DNA of 63,555 nt, filler included, from Octopus bimaculoides (Eukaryota), in the NCBI RefSeq assembly GCF_001194135.2. It is 6 parts of 6 records of this genome, joined end to end, with 100 filler letters (N's around TTAATTAATTAA, not from the genome) between each part and the next. Parts side by side here need not be neighbours in the genome. Positions count along the whole stretch, not along the records: positions 1 to 12,204 come from NC_068983.1; positions 12,305 to 24,559 come from NC_069009.1; 4 more parts are not named here. The stretch is one strand, 5' to 3'. Positions 1 to 13,172 of this stretch are shown here, piece after piece. The position numbers and the translations under genes were made by a program. Within the stretch, counting starts at the first letter, position 1. The number at the start of each line of letters is the position of its first letter. The notes beneath the pieces are model-generated. The model made no database searches and was not told where the DNA came from. It saw nothing but the letters and a program-made list of their open reading frames with translations.

Positions 1-7
1 TATATAT

Positions 8-380
8 GCGTAGGAGTGGCTGTGTGGTAAGTAGCTAGCTTACCAGCCACATGGTCCCGGGTTCAGTCCCACTGCGCGGCATCTTGGGCAAGTGTCTTCT
101 ACTATAGCCTCGGGCCGACCAAAGCCCTGTGAGTGGATTTGGTAGACGGAAACTGAAAGAATATATATGTATGTATGTTTGTATGTGTGTGTTTGTCCCC
201 CCAACATCGCTTGACAACCGATGCTGGTGTGTTTATGTCCCCGTAACTTAGCGGTTCGGCAAAATAGATCGATAGAATAAGTACTAGGCTTCTAAAGAAT
301 AAGTCCTGGGGTCGGTTTGCTCGACTAAAAGGCGGTGCTCCAGTATGGCCACAGTCAAAAGACTGAAACAAGTAAAAGAG
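8..380 (+). mobile_element. SINE family A copy
   Basis: Same head, core, microsatellite and tail as 17359-17764. Confidence 0.85.
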
Positions 381-397
381 TATATATATATATATAC

Positions 398-448
<51 letters not shown>

Positions 449-557
449 GATACATACACGCAAACATACAAATTTATGGAACTACATGATAGAGCATCTC
501 CCCACTTCATTTCATTCTCATTCTTCATTTTATTACACTCAATACTTACCATCTTTA

Positions 558-780
558 AGGCGGTGAGCTGGTAGAACCGTTAGCATACCCGGATATATGT
601 GTAGCGGCAGTTCGTCTGTGTAAACGTTCTGAGTTCAAACTCCATTGAAGTCGACTTTGCCTTTCATCATTTTGACGTCGATAAAATAAATACCAGTTGA
701 ACACTGGGGTCGATGTGATCAACTTACCCCCTCCTCTGAAGTTTCTCGCCCTATGCCAAAACTTGAAACCAATATTTGCC
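558..780 (+). mobile_element. SINE family B (Nin-domain-like)
   Basis: GGCGGTGAGCTGG head, GAGTTCAAA B-box, and core GCCTTTCATC..GTCGATAAA..TACCAG resembling the Nin domain. Confidence 0.75.
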
Positions 781-2640
781 ATCTTAAACCCAATAAATCA
801 GTTGTAATCGATCACTTTATTTATCATATTCAGCCTCGTCTCTTCTTTATCATCGATCGACAACAATTTGGTTTCCTTCCGTCGGATCAGTTCCTCTGGA
901 GAACCGTTCTCCTCCTTCATACGCCAAAAACAACCAATCACCATTTAGAACGCCTGCGGCACCGTTTCTCGTACACCTCCTCTTCCTCTTTCACACAGCC
1001 TCAGCCAATCAATTTTTTGGACTTCTGCATCATCAAAGCCCTTCAAGCACAAGCCAGATTGATAGTTTCTACTTGAGTGTTCGACCTGCATAAAATAGAA
1101 CCTTAATATCCTTCAAATCAGACCCTTACGTTCCTTAGATTAAAAAAAAAATAACGTACGAAAGGGAAACATTAGATAACTTAATTCAAGATGCACTGAC
1201 TGAAGTTAAGACAAGATGGTCGTGGCTGGAGTTCTTTTGATCATATATCTGCTGCTTCAGAACTCTCCTGGGACCGAGCAATAATCGCTATGGCGCAAGA
1301 AGAGTCTGGCAAAGTTTCTAGTCTGTGACTCCACCTGATTCTCATCTTTTGGCAAAGTAATTTCCAGTCAAACCGCGCCGTCCCAGCGTGTGTCGACGAG
1401 CAGCTTTTTGACTCGTATTCTATTAACGCTGTTCTGCTTCTGTCTTCGATACAACACATTCCTTTGCCAATTCCTTTAACAATTCCTTTAACAAGCTTTT
1501 TTCTTTTTTATTTATTTATTTTTTTTTTTTTGCACAAAAATATTATTTTCGCATTTCTTTAACGGAAACAATTCAGGAACGACAGTTCTGTTGGTAGACA
1601 CGATTGGTGTCGGGTGGTGATAGTGGTGGTGGTGGTGATTATTGCAATTTGTGTAGAGTATTGTTGTTGTTCAACCCTAGGATAGTCGCAAATACACAAA
1701 CCTATCATCGAAAGCGCTCCACTAGTGAACATCTTGTCTTTTCTTAAGACTATAGTGCATAATTTGAAGAAAACCTGGTTGTTGTTTCTAACTGAGCAAG
1801 CAACCTCAAAGAAATTATCTCATTCACTATAATATTAATTTTTATAGTCTAGTTGGTGGCGGTGCTGGTGGTGTGATTGTTTTTGTTGGTGGTGGTAATG
1901 CTGATGGTGCTGGTGTTTCGGCCCATTGGTTGGGGTTAAATGAGACACTTATAATCAAAGACAATCCATCCAGGACCATCTTGTCTATATTTCAGACAAT
2001 ATACCTCAAGCCAAACCAGCGAGATTCCATGGTGTAAGAGAAGTCGAGGATAGAAATCAAGAGACGTGACCTCTTCATTATGTGAGGCCATAACTGGAGC
2101 GCTTCGGTGATACATTTACTTCATCAGGATTGACCTTGGATAAACGTCAACAATAACATCTAGCCGTGTTGTAGGGGTGAGTGCAGTGGTGGCCATGGTA
2201 AACGGGGTGTTTGTAGCGGGTTTTTGAGAGAAGATAGGGGAGGGATGTTTAAACACCACAAGTTACCCTAACCTCCTGTAAATTGAAGAAACTTTTTGTT
2301 TTATGAGCGAGGAGTGGAAGAGGTAACATTATACGGTGAACTCGGCACAACAATGAGTATTGTGAGAGAAGGGTCGGAATGTTTGGGGACATCCGCTAAT
2401 ATCAGCAGATATCAGCAGATACATATCAGGCAGGAGAATGTCGAACAGAGGGACCCTAATAAATCTTTGTGTAGGTAAAATGACACACACAGAAGTAGAC
2501 TGTCCTTAAACAATAGAAACAATAGACATATTTTGTTACATATTCAGCAGTAAATATGCTAATTACGTTCATGTCTAAGATAAATTAATTAGTTCTACCA
2601 GCCTAATTAGTGTCAACTTTTCACTCTAGATTGTCTAGAT

Positions 2641-3455
2641 CAGTGGTTCTCAACCATTCTTCACCAATGGACCCCTTTGATTTCTGTTAAACTCGAGTGG
2701 ACCCTTCTAACCATTTGATGTTCTAAAAAATCTTATATTTTTTAAAGAATAAAATATTTTGAATGTAACAACAACGGACTATAAAACAAACAATGGACTC
2801 TAAGAACTGTTGTAATTGAATCATCCATAGTCTGATATTTCGGAATAAAATTCCTTCTTCAGATATCGCTCGGAATTGATGGAGTCGCTGCTATAATCGG
2901 TTTTCCAACGGCTTTTCTTTGTTTTTTCGGAAGCGTTTATAATCTAGTTGGTGGTGGTGATGCTGATGGTGCTGGTGTTTTGCTCCATTAGTTGGAGGTT
3001 AAATGATAATCAAAGACAATCCATCCAGGACCATCTTATCTATATTTCAGACGATATACTGATAAAACAAAGAAAAGCCGTTGGAAAACCGATTATAGCA
3101 GCGCCTCCATCAATTCCTAGGGATATCTGAAGAAGGAATTTTTATTCCGAAATATTATATCAGACTATGGAAGATTCAATTACAACAGTTATTATAGTCC
3201 ATTGTTCGTATTATACTGCATTGTTGTTCCATTCAAACAATACACAATGCTTTATAAACAATACACAATGCTTCAAGCGAACTACAACACTCTCTTATAT
3301 TTTTAATAATTAAACATTATTAGGAATTGTATCAAAAGATTGTTGAAATATTGTGTGCATTGTAGAAGTATGACCAATTTATTGCAGATAAATTTTAACT
3401 ACAAAATCTTATATGGACCCTCAAGGGCCATGTGGACCCCGGTTAAGGAACACTG
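2641..3455 (+). mobile_element. Non-autonomous hAT (Charlie-like) element with a perfect 8-bp TSD
   Basis: Ends CAGTGGTTCTCAACC and GGTTAAGGAACACTG. GTCTAGAT flanks both sides (2633-2640, 3456-3463). Confidence 0.9.
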
Positions 3456-4553
3456 GTCTAGATTATCGCTCCAGATCATAAAAAGATAACACCCGATATC
3501 CTCGAGTTGAATGTTCCGCTTTTAAAAGAAATCGCCGTTTCTTTTACCCAGAAACGGTTCTAGGTTTGCCTGAATTGCACCAAGTCATATGACGGGACGG
3601 GGTCTTTTCTTTATCAGAGAAAATGATGTTTCGCCTTCTGTTGTGATGTGTGTGTGTGTGTTAAGCAAACGAGAAACTCTCTGCTTGGTCTTTCTTCCTG
3701 CTAAAAATAACAGCTAAATTGGAACATGAATTAACATGAAACTTGATGGAAGGCTTTGATTTACATCACTTAAACGTTTTTCTTCCCATATTTCTGATGA
3801 AATATTCTACATTCGTTTTAATAAATTTTGAAAACGATGAAGAATTTAGTAAAATAACTTTATTAATATTAAATTAGTGTTTGGAATATAAATTAACACG
3901 AAAATGTAATGGAAGGTTCTAATTTATATCACTTCAAAACCAGGAGCTTGTGTCAGTGAACCAGGGTTGGTCTCTCAGAAGCGTCAAAGAAGTTGGTCCC
4001 TGCTTTCTGATCTAAATTTGATCGAGCGACTTCGCAACGAGTCCCCTACTGACGCATTAAGGGGTACAGTTGATCCACAACAGTACAAATTGTACCCTAA
4101 AACACCGTTTGCGTTTAGCTCCGAGTTAGTAGTGACTGCGCAGGCCTATGACAAAGACGCTCCGGCAGTGCCCATCGGTAGAATCAGGAATCTACCAAAG
4201 TAGGTACCTATGTGAGGCAACTGTATCGTCACAATACTAGACTCCTCTATAAAACGACCTCACCTCTGCTTTTATTTATCTTATTTTTTTTTTGTAATGA
4301 TCCGGAGGACAATCTCAGACTCTCCTCGACTGGGAGGGCGTCTGGAGATCATAATTCCTGCCGCCATTTTCGGTCTGTAACTTCCGCATTAAATAAACAT
4401 TAATTTGAGGATGCATGATACAATATGCGACTGCGCTTATATATCTACGTGTATATGAGTGAGTGTGTGTGCGTGAATGTACATATATACACATATTTAT
4501 ATGTACGTATGTATGTAATATGAATGTGTGTATTTATCTATCTATCTATCTAG

Positions 4554-4612
<59 letters not shown>

Positions 4613-4772
4613 TGTATGTATGTATATGAAGTGTATGTGTTAAGAGAAGCTGTGATGAATGGTGTGTATGTATTTGTCCATGTCTGTTTAATGATGGGTT
4701 TCACTGAAATGTTTTAGAGAGGAAATAAAGGAAATGGAAGGAAGGATGTCAAACACACAATACACACACACA

Positions 4773-4806
<34 letters not shown>

Positions 4807-5156
4807 GTGTGTGTGTATTGCCGTGTGCGCAGCAGATTAGACAACGTAATTACATACGGGTATGTGCTCGTGTATATAAAGGTATAGATGTAGGGTGGGG
4901 AGAGAATGAGCGGGAAATGGAGAGAGAGAAAGGGGAGAGTGAGAAATAGAGAGAGAGAATATCTGTGTATGTGCGTGTGCGCGCATTTTGTCCTGTATAA
5001 TGCTCTTAAATCCATGAAACGGATTGGATGGATGTAAGACAGAAAAAAGGAAACTACGCATATAAACATTTGCCTATATGCATAGACATAAGTGTGTGTG
5101 TGTGTATGTGCGTAAATATATGGTTATATATGTATGTGTATGTAAATATATATATA

Positions 5157-5207
<51 letters not shown>

Positions 5208-5505
5208 ATGTATGTATGTATAGTAAAATAAGGATTCAGGTAGAATCGGGTACTTGAAAAGATATGTACCAGGTAGCGTTGGCTGGACAGACAGACAGAT
5301 AGATAGACAGACAGATGGATAGATATATGGACGGACAGACAGATGGATGGACAGACAGACAAACAAATAGATAGATAGATAGATAGATAGATACCATACA
5401 TAAATAGAAATGTAGACACAGACTGGTTGCAATCTTTCATAATTCTTTTGTTTTTTTCACCTTTTCTTTTCGGGGATTTTATGGACTAGGTCCTGAAAAT
5501 TAATA

Positions 5506-6087
5506 ATGGAAAAATATGGCACTGCACCACGCACCCAAGTGGTGAAATTATTCTACCAAAATCAGGGGTCAATTATTCAAACCCAGAGAGCACCAAAGAG
5601 AATTGCACCCTATAAAGTGTATAGTATGCTTTGAAATTACGGTGGATGAGACAATCGGGGCTTATTTCTTTGAGGACGATAACGGGAATGCTGTCACTGT
5701 AACTGGTGAGTGGTACGGGTCCATGATCGAGAAGTTTTTGCGCCAGGCCATTCAAAATAGGCTTGATATGTGGTTCCAGCAAGATGAAACAACTGCTCAT
5801 ACCGCAAGAGAAACAATAGAGTTGCTGAGGTAATATTTTGAAGAAAGAATCATCTCTCGTTACTGACTGCGATGTCAACTGGCCATTCCCCAGACTTGAC
5901 CAGCTCTGATTTGTTGGGGTACCTCAAAGAGAAGGTATATGTCAACAAACCAGAAACCCTGGAGTAATTGAAGGAGAATATCACTGGAGAAATCAGGGAA
6001 CTGGGTCCTGAAACCCTTACAGCTGTCGTGGAACATATTTTGGAAAGGGCGCGGATGTGTGAAGCTGAAATTAGATGCCATCTAAAA
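5506..6087 (+). mobile_element. Internally deleted, frameshifted Tc1/mariner-superfamily transposase fossil
   Basis: Start MEKYGTAPRTQVVKLFYQNQGSIIQTQR, then IGAYFFEDDNGNAVTVTG..WFQQDETTAHTA, a degenerate WPxxSPDL, and YLKEKVYVNKPETL..LKENI. Confidence 0.85.
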
Positions 6088-6703
6088 CCTGTCAATTTTC
6101 ATATTCGACACAATCAAGGAGGTCTTGTGCAACTGAAACCCGAGTGTCTTTTTGGTCAGCTGAAAGCAGTTTCGGCACAAACTTGGCAGACACGCTTCTC
6201 ACACCCATATCTTCAGTGATAAGGAACTGAACTGAGCCGTATCTAATCTCCTTATCCTCTGATAACTCACGGATGATGATTCAGTCGTTTTCCCTCACAG
6301 CTGCACACACATCTGCAATGTTTTTCTCAGTTCTGCTGGTTGCGGGTCTCCCAGAGCGTTTGTCAATATCGACATTTTTTCGACCATCTTGGAAACGTCT
6401 GAACCACTCGTACACTTGTGTGCACCACATACACTCTTCTCCATACACTTTCTACAACTTTGCATAGGCCTCTGAGCAGGTATCGCCATGACAACTTTCT
6501 CTGTCATGGTCAATTCGACGATCACACACTACACACGTTACTTCCAAGCACTGCTGTAAACAGCAGACGTGAGCTAGAACGTTAAAACTTTGTGCGCATG
6601 CACAACAGAGTTCAAGGTCAGTCTGTGCCAAGCGGCATTACTTTGCGTGCTTTAGCTTCGTTACTATGGCAACAGTCCGGATACTTATTGATCAGACTTC
6701 GTA
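6088..6703 (-). mobile_element. 5' half of a mariner (Mos1/SETMAR-type) element with its left TIR
   Basis: Minus strand encodes VYEWFRRFQDGRKNVDIDKRSGRPATSRTEKNI..VSAKFVPKLL with stops. TIR-like end TA|CGAAGTCTGATCAATAAGTATCCGGACT at 6703-6674. Confidence 0.85.
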
Positions 6704-6833
6704 TATATATTTGTGTGTGTGTTTATGTGTACATATACTTATAGAGAGGGGGAGGGAGGCTGGAGATAATTGAGAGATATAAGAGAAATAACTTTAGATG
6801 TTAAAGAGAGGAGTAGGAGGAGGAGGAAGTTAG

Positions 6834-6877
<44 letters not shown>

Positions 6878-7551
6878 GCGAAATCCGGTGAAAGGAAATG
6901 AGTGCGACGAGGTGTAAGATGTTTTGGTTTTCCTTGAGTGAGTTGTAAAATGGAGCAAGGGAAGTTCCTTCGACAATGTTTACTTAAGAAACGTCGAGAA
7001 AGGAATACCTCTGCCATGTTTTAAATGTTTGCGAAGTTAGTTTGGCGTCTGGACAGCTGCAAAGGAGTTTTCCGCTTTACCCCCCGCCGCCATTATTTCC
7101 ATTTATTACATGTGTCTCACCCTATGACACAAACCATGTCCCTTCTTAAGGGATCAGATGGCTGTATTGGTCCCCTATATCAACGGGTATAGTGAAGTAC
7201 TTCCAAACACTATTACCATACACTTGTCACACACACACGCACACACAAACACACACAGATAAGCATATATGCACATAAACGCACATAAATACACATATAT
7301 ATACATATATATGGGGATGTAAACACACCAACGTCGGTTGTCAAGTGATGGTGGAGGTGCAAACAGACACACAAACACATACATGACGGGCTTCTTTCAG
7401 TTTCCATCTACCAAATCCACTCACAAGGCTTTGGTCGGCCTGAGGCTATAGTAGAAGATACTTGCCCAAGGTGCTATGCATAGGACTGAATCCGGATCCA
7501 TGTGGTTGGTGAGCAAGGCTACTTACCACACAGCCACTCCTGTGCCTACAA

Positions 7552-7595
<44 letters not shown>

Positions 7596-7655
7596 AAATG
7601 TATACATTTATGCATGTATCTAAATAGATTGATGGATTTATATATAGACACACAC

Positions 7656-7719
<64 letters not shown>

Positions 7720-8454
7720 GTCATCTTAAAAAAATACCTCTTAGAGTGCTGGGTCACCCTAAAAATACGCAAACGCCACGGTCAGAATGTCTTTAATCTT
7801 TAGGTTCCTCGATCCCAGTTGAACCTGGCTTTAACAGCAGCACCATTAACTAACTTCTATTGTAGAAATAAATGTCGGCCATGTTGAGAGTTGGGTTTTA
7901 ATGAGAAACAGACTATTTATGAAATCATAAAACTTTGCAAGTCACATAAGGTGTGTTGTAGTTATAACAACACCTGTTGGCTGTTAATGATCCTTTTTGT
8001 TGCTGTCTGCCATGATTCCAAGATTCATTTCAGGATGAACGATGGCGGGGATAAAGTAAATTTGGACAAAGGCCAAGTTAATCTAGTTCTGTGTTCTGTA
8101 AAATAAAAATTGCTGATTCTTACGTAACAGACGCACACAACCAGAGAGAAGAGGGGCGTAGACAACATCAAACTGTCACTGGCCATGATAGAAACAGCAG
8201 TCGAATTTCTCATAAATCAAGTTGCTACCCTAAAAACAAAGAGGAAAGACACATTAAAGAATGTATTCCTAGTTACGCAATTCTTAAAGACCTGATGGAG
8301 GAGTCAATATTGGCTTCAATATCTTTGCCAAATAACAATGGTTCTCCCAGAAATTACAGAAATTTATGCTTAGACAAACCTGTGAGGGCCAAATAAAGCA
8401 AAAATGCGGAAGTGATTATAAAATTATTCACAGAGGTCGCTCCAGTTGCACAAA

Positions 8455-8503
<49 letters not shown>

Positions 8504-8519
8504 CGGAGTCTGGCCACCT

Positions 8520-9010
8520 CATGTACTTACACCATAGATCCATCATGGCGTCTGATGTGGCTTTTTAAACCAGATATTGCATTGAAAGGACACCCGAATA
8601 GATTGCATACCTGATTTGGACCACCAAGTGGATCTTAAAATGTCTTTTGAGACCTCCGTTAGATTTGCAGACCTTATGGCATATACGGCATTGAAAGGTG
8701 TGCACATATATATATAGGCAGAGTGGTTGGTGGAGGTTCGTTTTTCATGGGTCTGCAAATGAGATTTAAGCCCAGCAAAAGAAAGGCATGGTTTGTCACA
8801 AATCGTGCATACCAAAAGGTCACTGATATTATGGATTGTGACATGCAGGAAGCTTACATCTGTCCACGGAAATCAATTCGTCCACTCGCTGGAGATTTGG
8901 GTCAATGGTCACCGTATGGTTTATCTTCAATGTTGGGTTCCCCTCCTTTAAACTTCATTCATCCGTGCACAATGATCTTTTCAATGGTGTCATCTCTTGG
9001 GAGAACCTGA
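8520..9010 (-). mobile_element. RTE-clade LINE 3' end with two C2H2-like motifs
   Basis: CTICDKPCLSFAGLKSHLQTH and, in another frame, CRICHKVCKSNGGLKRHFKIH. Confidence 0.7.
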
Positions 9011-9328
9011 ACGTTAAGCCTTTTTCCAAGACTGAGTTATGGTTTGATGGAGAGATGGCTGCTATTTCTAGCAGATCGAACGCTCACATTGAGGATCACT
9101 TGTTTTCTTTGCACGTATTCTGGTTTAGCGATATGACGGTAAGTTATCAGTTAATCGAAAGTTCCATTTCCTACTTCCGGTTCCATTTATCGTATTAGCA
9201 CAAATATTCTTGAGAAAGGCATGAACATCTCACTTTCTCATTATCTCTCACCAATAAATTCTAACGTGAGAACAGGATTTGGAAAGCGTTAAATCAACAG
9301 AAAGAGAATCAGCAGAAATATAATAATT

Positions 9329-9368
<40 letters not shown>

Positions 9369-10334
9369 TGACCAGCTGCTAGTTATGATAACTGAGAGAG
9401 AGAGAGAGAGAGACCCAGAGGGGAGACGGTCGACTGAGTTTAGATCGTTAGCAGATATCTCACAGTCTTCACCAGTGCTAATGGCGCCGGTTTCCGGTAA
9501 ATACTTGGAACATTAAGGATGAAAGAAAATTATAAATTAACCTGAAATTAGTCATATTTTTAAGATCTATTTTAATCATGCGCGTACTTTAGTGGCCGTA
9601 CTTAGGGAAGTATCTTGTTTCGGTTTGAAACTGAAACCGCAGGAATAACTGAGGAAAACTAATACAAATACGTTGGTACGAATGTGAAGTTTTTACTGAA
9701 AGCATATGTAAGGTGAAGAGTTCGATCCCCACCGCTAGAGAGAAATTGAAGCCTAAACGCAGTTGCACCAGTTGTTAAAATCTCGGTGGAATGATCAAAT
9801 TCCCCTCAAACCACATCTTGCAGAATTATAAATTGCATTCAAGGATTTAGTGAGATTCACACTGTTTCTGGATAAAATAAGACGAGATGGTCATGGTTTG
9901 AATACATTTGAACATAAGTCTGCTCAATCAGGGCTACCGTAGAGCTACGAAACAACAACAGCAGCAGAAATAACAACAACAACATATAGATAAAAAAAAA
10001 TGAAATGAAAGATGAACGAGGTGTTGATTGATAAAACATGAAGGTCTGTGATGTTTGAATATCGTTTCTTTTATTCTTTTATTGTTATTCTTTTAGGACT
10101 GCGCCGTTGCAGGAAAACTGCCTTAAGATATAAGTAAGGGAAACGAAGTTATGAGAATGACAAATGAATGCAACTAACGTATGTTTAACTGTCAGCGTTA
10201 ATAACATTGAAAGAATCAGTGGAAGACAAATAACCACACCAACAACGATTACGCTCACCAAACCGAGAAATAATATGGAAAGATAAGAGCATCATTATGA
10301 ACAATAAAATCAGACTCCTGCGTGTATTGATGCT

Positions 10335-10700
10335 TCTATCTTTCTGTCAGCGTGCGAGATATGACTGGCACGGCAGGATTCAGACGAAGATACGGGCATT
10401 AGAGATAAAATGCGACCGCAACATGTTATTCATGACATACTCCAAATACAAAATGTCTGAGTGAATTTGCGTAACCATTGGTTCTCAAGAAGATATTTTC
10501 ACAAAAGGGAAGAAAATTGAAGCTGGTCTGGCCATAGAACAAAATCCAACAACGTTGCAAAAAGACATTCTTCTTCAAGAAACCGTGGAGCGAAAAGGAG
10601 AGAGTGACAGACAAAAAGAATAGATAGACAACGTCAAGAAATGAACGAACAAATTGTTAGCGGAGACCCGAGCTGGAGTACAACCGTGCGAGAGAAAGAG
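10335..10700 (+). mobile_element. Degenerate RTE-type LINE 3' region
   Basis: Frameshifted KIRALEIKCDRNML..KLKWxGH..IDNVKK motifs. Confidence 0.55.
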
Positions 10701-11705
10701 AGGAAACTAGTAACTAATTTGTTACTTCAGTGTCTCTATAACTCAACTGATAGTTGAGGGCCGAATATAAGACAAGAGGGTGATTCTAATGAGCAGCCAT
10801 ACAAGACGACCGCTGATCCATTCGTACTTTCGTGCATCGCAATAATAATTTCGAATTTTTACCACAAGAGGATGAGTCGATTACATCGACCCCAGGGTTC
10901 AACTGGCATTTGTTTTATCAACCTCGAAAGGATGAAAAGCAAAGCCGACTTCGGCGGAATTTGAACTCAGAACGTAGCGACGAGTGAAATACCGCTAAGC
11001 ATTTCGTCCAGCGTGCTAACGATTCTTATTTCTTCATTGCCCACAAGGGGACAAACAAGGACAGATAAAGGGATTAAGTCGATTACATCGACACCAGTGC
11101 GTAACTGGTACTTATTTAATCGACCGCGAAAGGATGAAAAGCAAAGTCAACCTCGGCGGAATTTGAACTCAGAACGTAGCGACGGGCAAAATACTGCTAA
11201 GCGTGCTAACGATTCTGCCAGCACACCGCCTTGTGCAGCTCTATAATAATACAAGTTAATCTTCTTGCTGAAAGATGAAGCTGGTGTTCCTTATGTACTG
11301 CAGAAAAAACATTTAAAAATAACGTAGTTATTCCTCGTGAGTCTCTACAATAAACTAATATATAAAATAAACTATATAAAGATGAAGTTAGCGGATGATG
11401 TCATATCAATTTAATAATGGTAGGATACATTTCAGGGTTTTGATGAGTTTTAGCTTGTAGGTTTACTGTAAAAATCCCTAGTACAAGTTGAGTCAACCGG
11501 AGAGTTTCCACAGGGTCAAACAAACGACAGGAAATAGCAACCGAATTCCCTTCCTGTTACTATTTTAACAAGAAAGATACATTAGATAATGTAATCCTAG
11601 ATAAACTATGACTGAAAAACATCTGTGGTAACAACCGGTTTTTTTTCTTGGTGTTTTTTTTTATCTATGCAACCAAAGCTAAAACGCGACTAAACAGCAA
11701 CACTA

Positions 11706-11749
<44 letters not shown>

Positions 11750-12204
11750 GGCAGTTCTGAGTTCAAATTCCGCCAAGGTCTACTTTACCTTTCATCCTTT
11801 GGGGGTCGATTAAATAAGTATCAGTGAAACATTGGGGTCAATGTAATCGACTAGTCCCCTTCCCCCAAATTTTAGACCTTTTGCCTTTAGTAGAAAGGGT
11901 TATTATTATTTTCATTATCATCTTTCAATTCTGCTTCCATTTCTTGCCGAGTGTCTTCCTGACACCTAGGGCAGAGTATTATTATTATTATCATTACTAA
12001 TACTACTACTTCTTAATGAACAATGTGGTTTGTTTTTCCTTCCCAATGAAAAGTTAGAGAGGGGGGCAATAGAAGGTGAAATTTCCTTTCCTTTATAAAG
12101 AATTTCTCTACAGATTCATAGAAATTGGAATTGGTAAGGTCGTACATACCTTTGCTTTTTTTTGCATCTTCAACATCGTCCCCATCAACGTCGTTGTCGT
12201 CATC

Positions 12205-12304
12205 NNNNNNNNNNNNNNNNNNNNNNNNNNNNNNNNNNNNNNNNNNNNTTAATTAATTAANNNNNNNNNNNNNNNNNNNNNNNNNNNNNNNNNNNNNNNN
12301 NNNN
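12205..12304. other. Artificial scaffold linker N44-TTAATTAATTAA-N44 (also at 24604, 33646, 35843 and 62013)
   Basis: The same 12-mer with stops in all six frames sits in the middle of a 100-nt N run five times. Confidence 0.95.
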
Positions 12305-13172
12305 ACAAATAAAATAGTACAGTGGCCAAAGGTGGCCAAATAGTACAGTGGCCAAAAGTCATGCACCAAATCATTTGACATTACCTTATTACTATCATTA
12401 CACACACACACACACACACATACACACATATATACATAGATAGATATGACAGGCTTCTTTCAGTTTCCATCTACCAAATCCACTCACAAGGCTTTGGTCA
12501 GCCCGAGGCTATAGTAGAAGACACTCGCCCAAGGTGCCAAGCAGCAGGACTGACCCCGGAACCATGTGGTTGGGAAGCAAGCTTCTTACCACACAGCCAC
12601 ATAGCTAATGTTTTAAATATTTCGAAAACCATCGTTGTTTTCTAAACCAGAATACAATATATCTTGTGTGAACCCTGGAAGGTGAAGACGTGAAATTCAT
12701 ATCGATGTATATATATATAGGTGTATAGATATAACCACCAACTTATTCCCTCCTTTAACACTACCCTTCTAACTAATATTAAATAGTATTGTTTACTTAG
12801 CGTTCACTACACACTGAATTGTGGCAAGGTATGGACGGATTCCGGAGTACCGAGGAAATTATGTATAAATATATCAAATTAAGAATTCTACGAGGTATAT
12901 TGCAATACAAAATACCAAACGGAACCTCACCTCTTATATCTCATCTTTCTTCCTCCTTTAACGCCTATGTGATATAATTCTTGGGAGAGAATACATTTGC
13001 GGCTGAAGATAGCTTTATACGGTCAATTATACACTGATGTAACAACTATAAAGCTTGAAACACGTGTACCGCAGAATCCTTTGTGTTTTGTTTTTATTTT
13101 TACATTTACAATTTATTGTATATATATATATATATATATAGGTGTATATATTGTGTTTGTATCTGTTTGCAG

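Noticed and set aside
753-1076. 107-aa plus-strand ORF containing NFLD
   Set aside because: No other RT motifs and no splice support, so it cannot be assigned.
3949-4421. Possible solo LTR (TG..TATAAAA..AATAAA..CA)
   Set aside because: There is no TSD, and the apparent TG start belongs to the TTAA-MITE family upstream.
12249-12260. Conserved palindromic TTAATTAATTAA motif repeated five times
   Set aside because: Always centred in a 100-nt N run with stops in six frames, so it is an assembly linker, not biology.
12114-12828. Candidate plus-strand micro-exons 12114-12133 (cag|..TG|gtaagg) and 12801-12828 (tag|..AAG|gtatgg) that could chain in frame to 13173
   Set aside because: The peptide (IHRNWNCVHYTLNCGK) has no recognisable motif, such sites arise by chance, and a linker lies between them.
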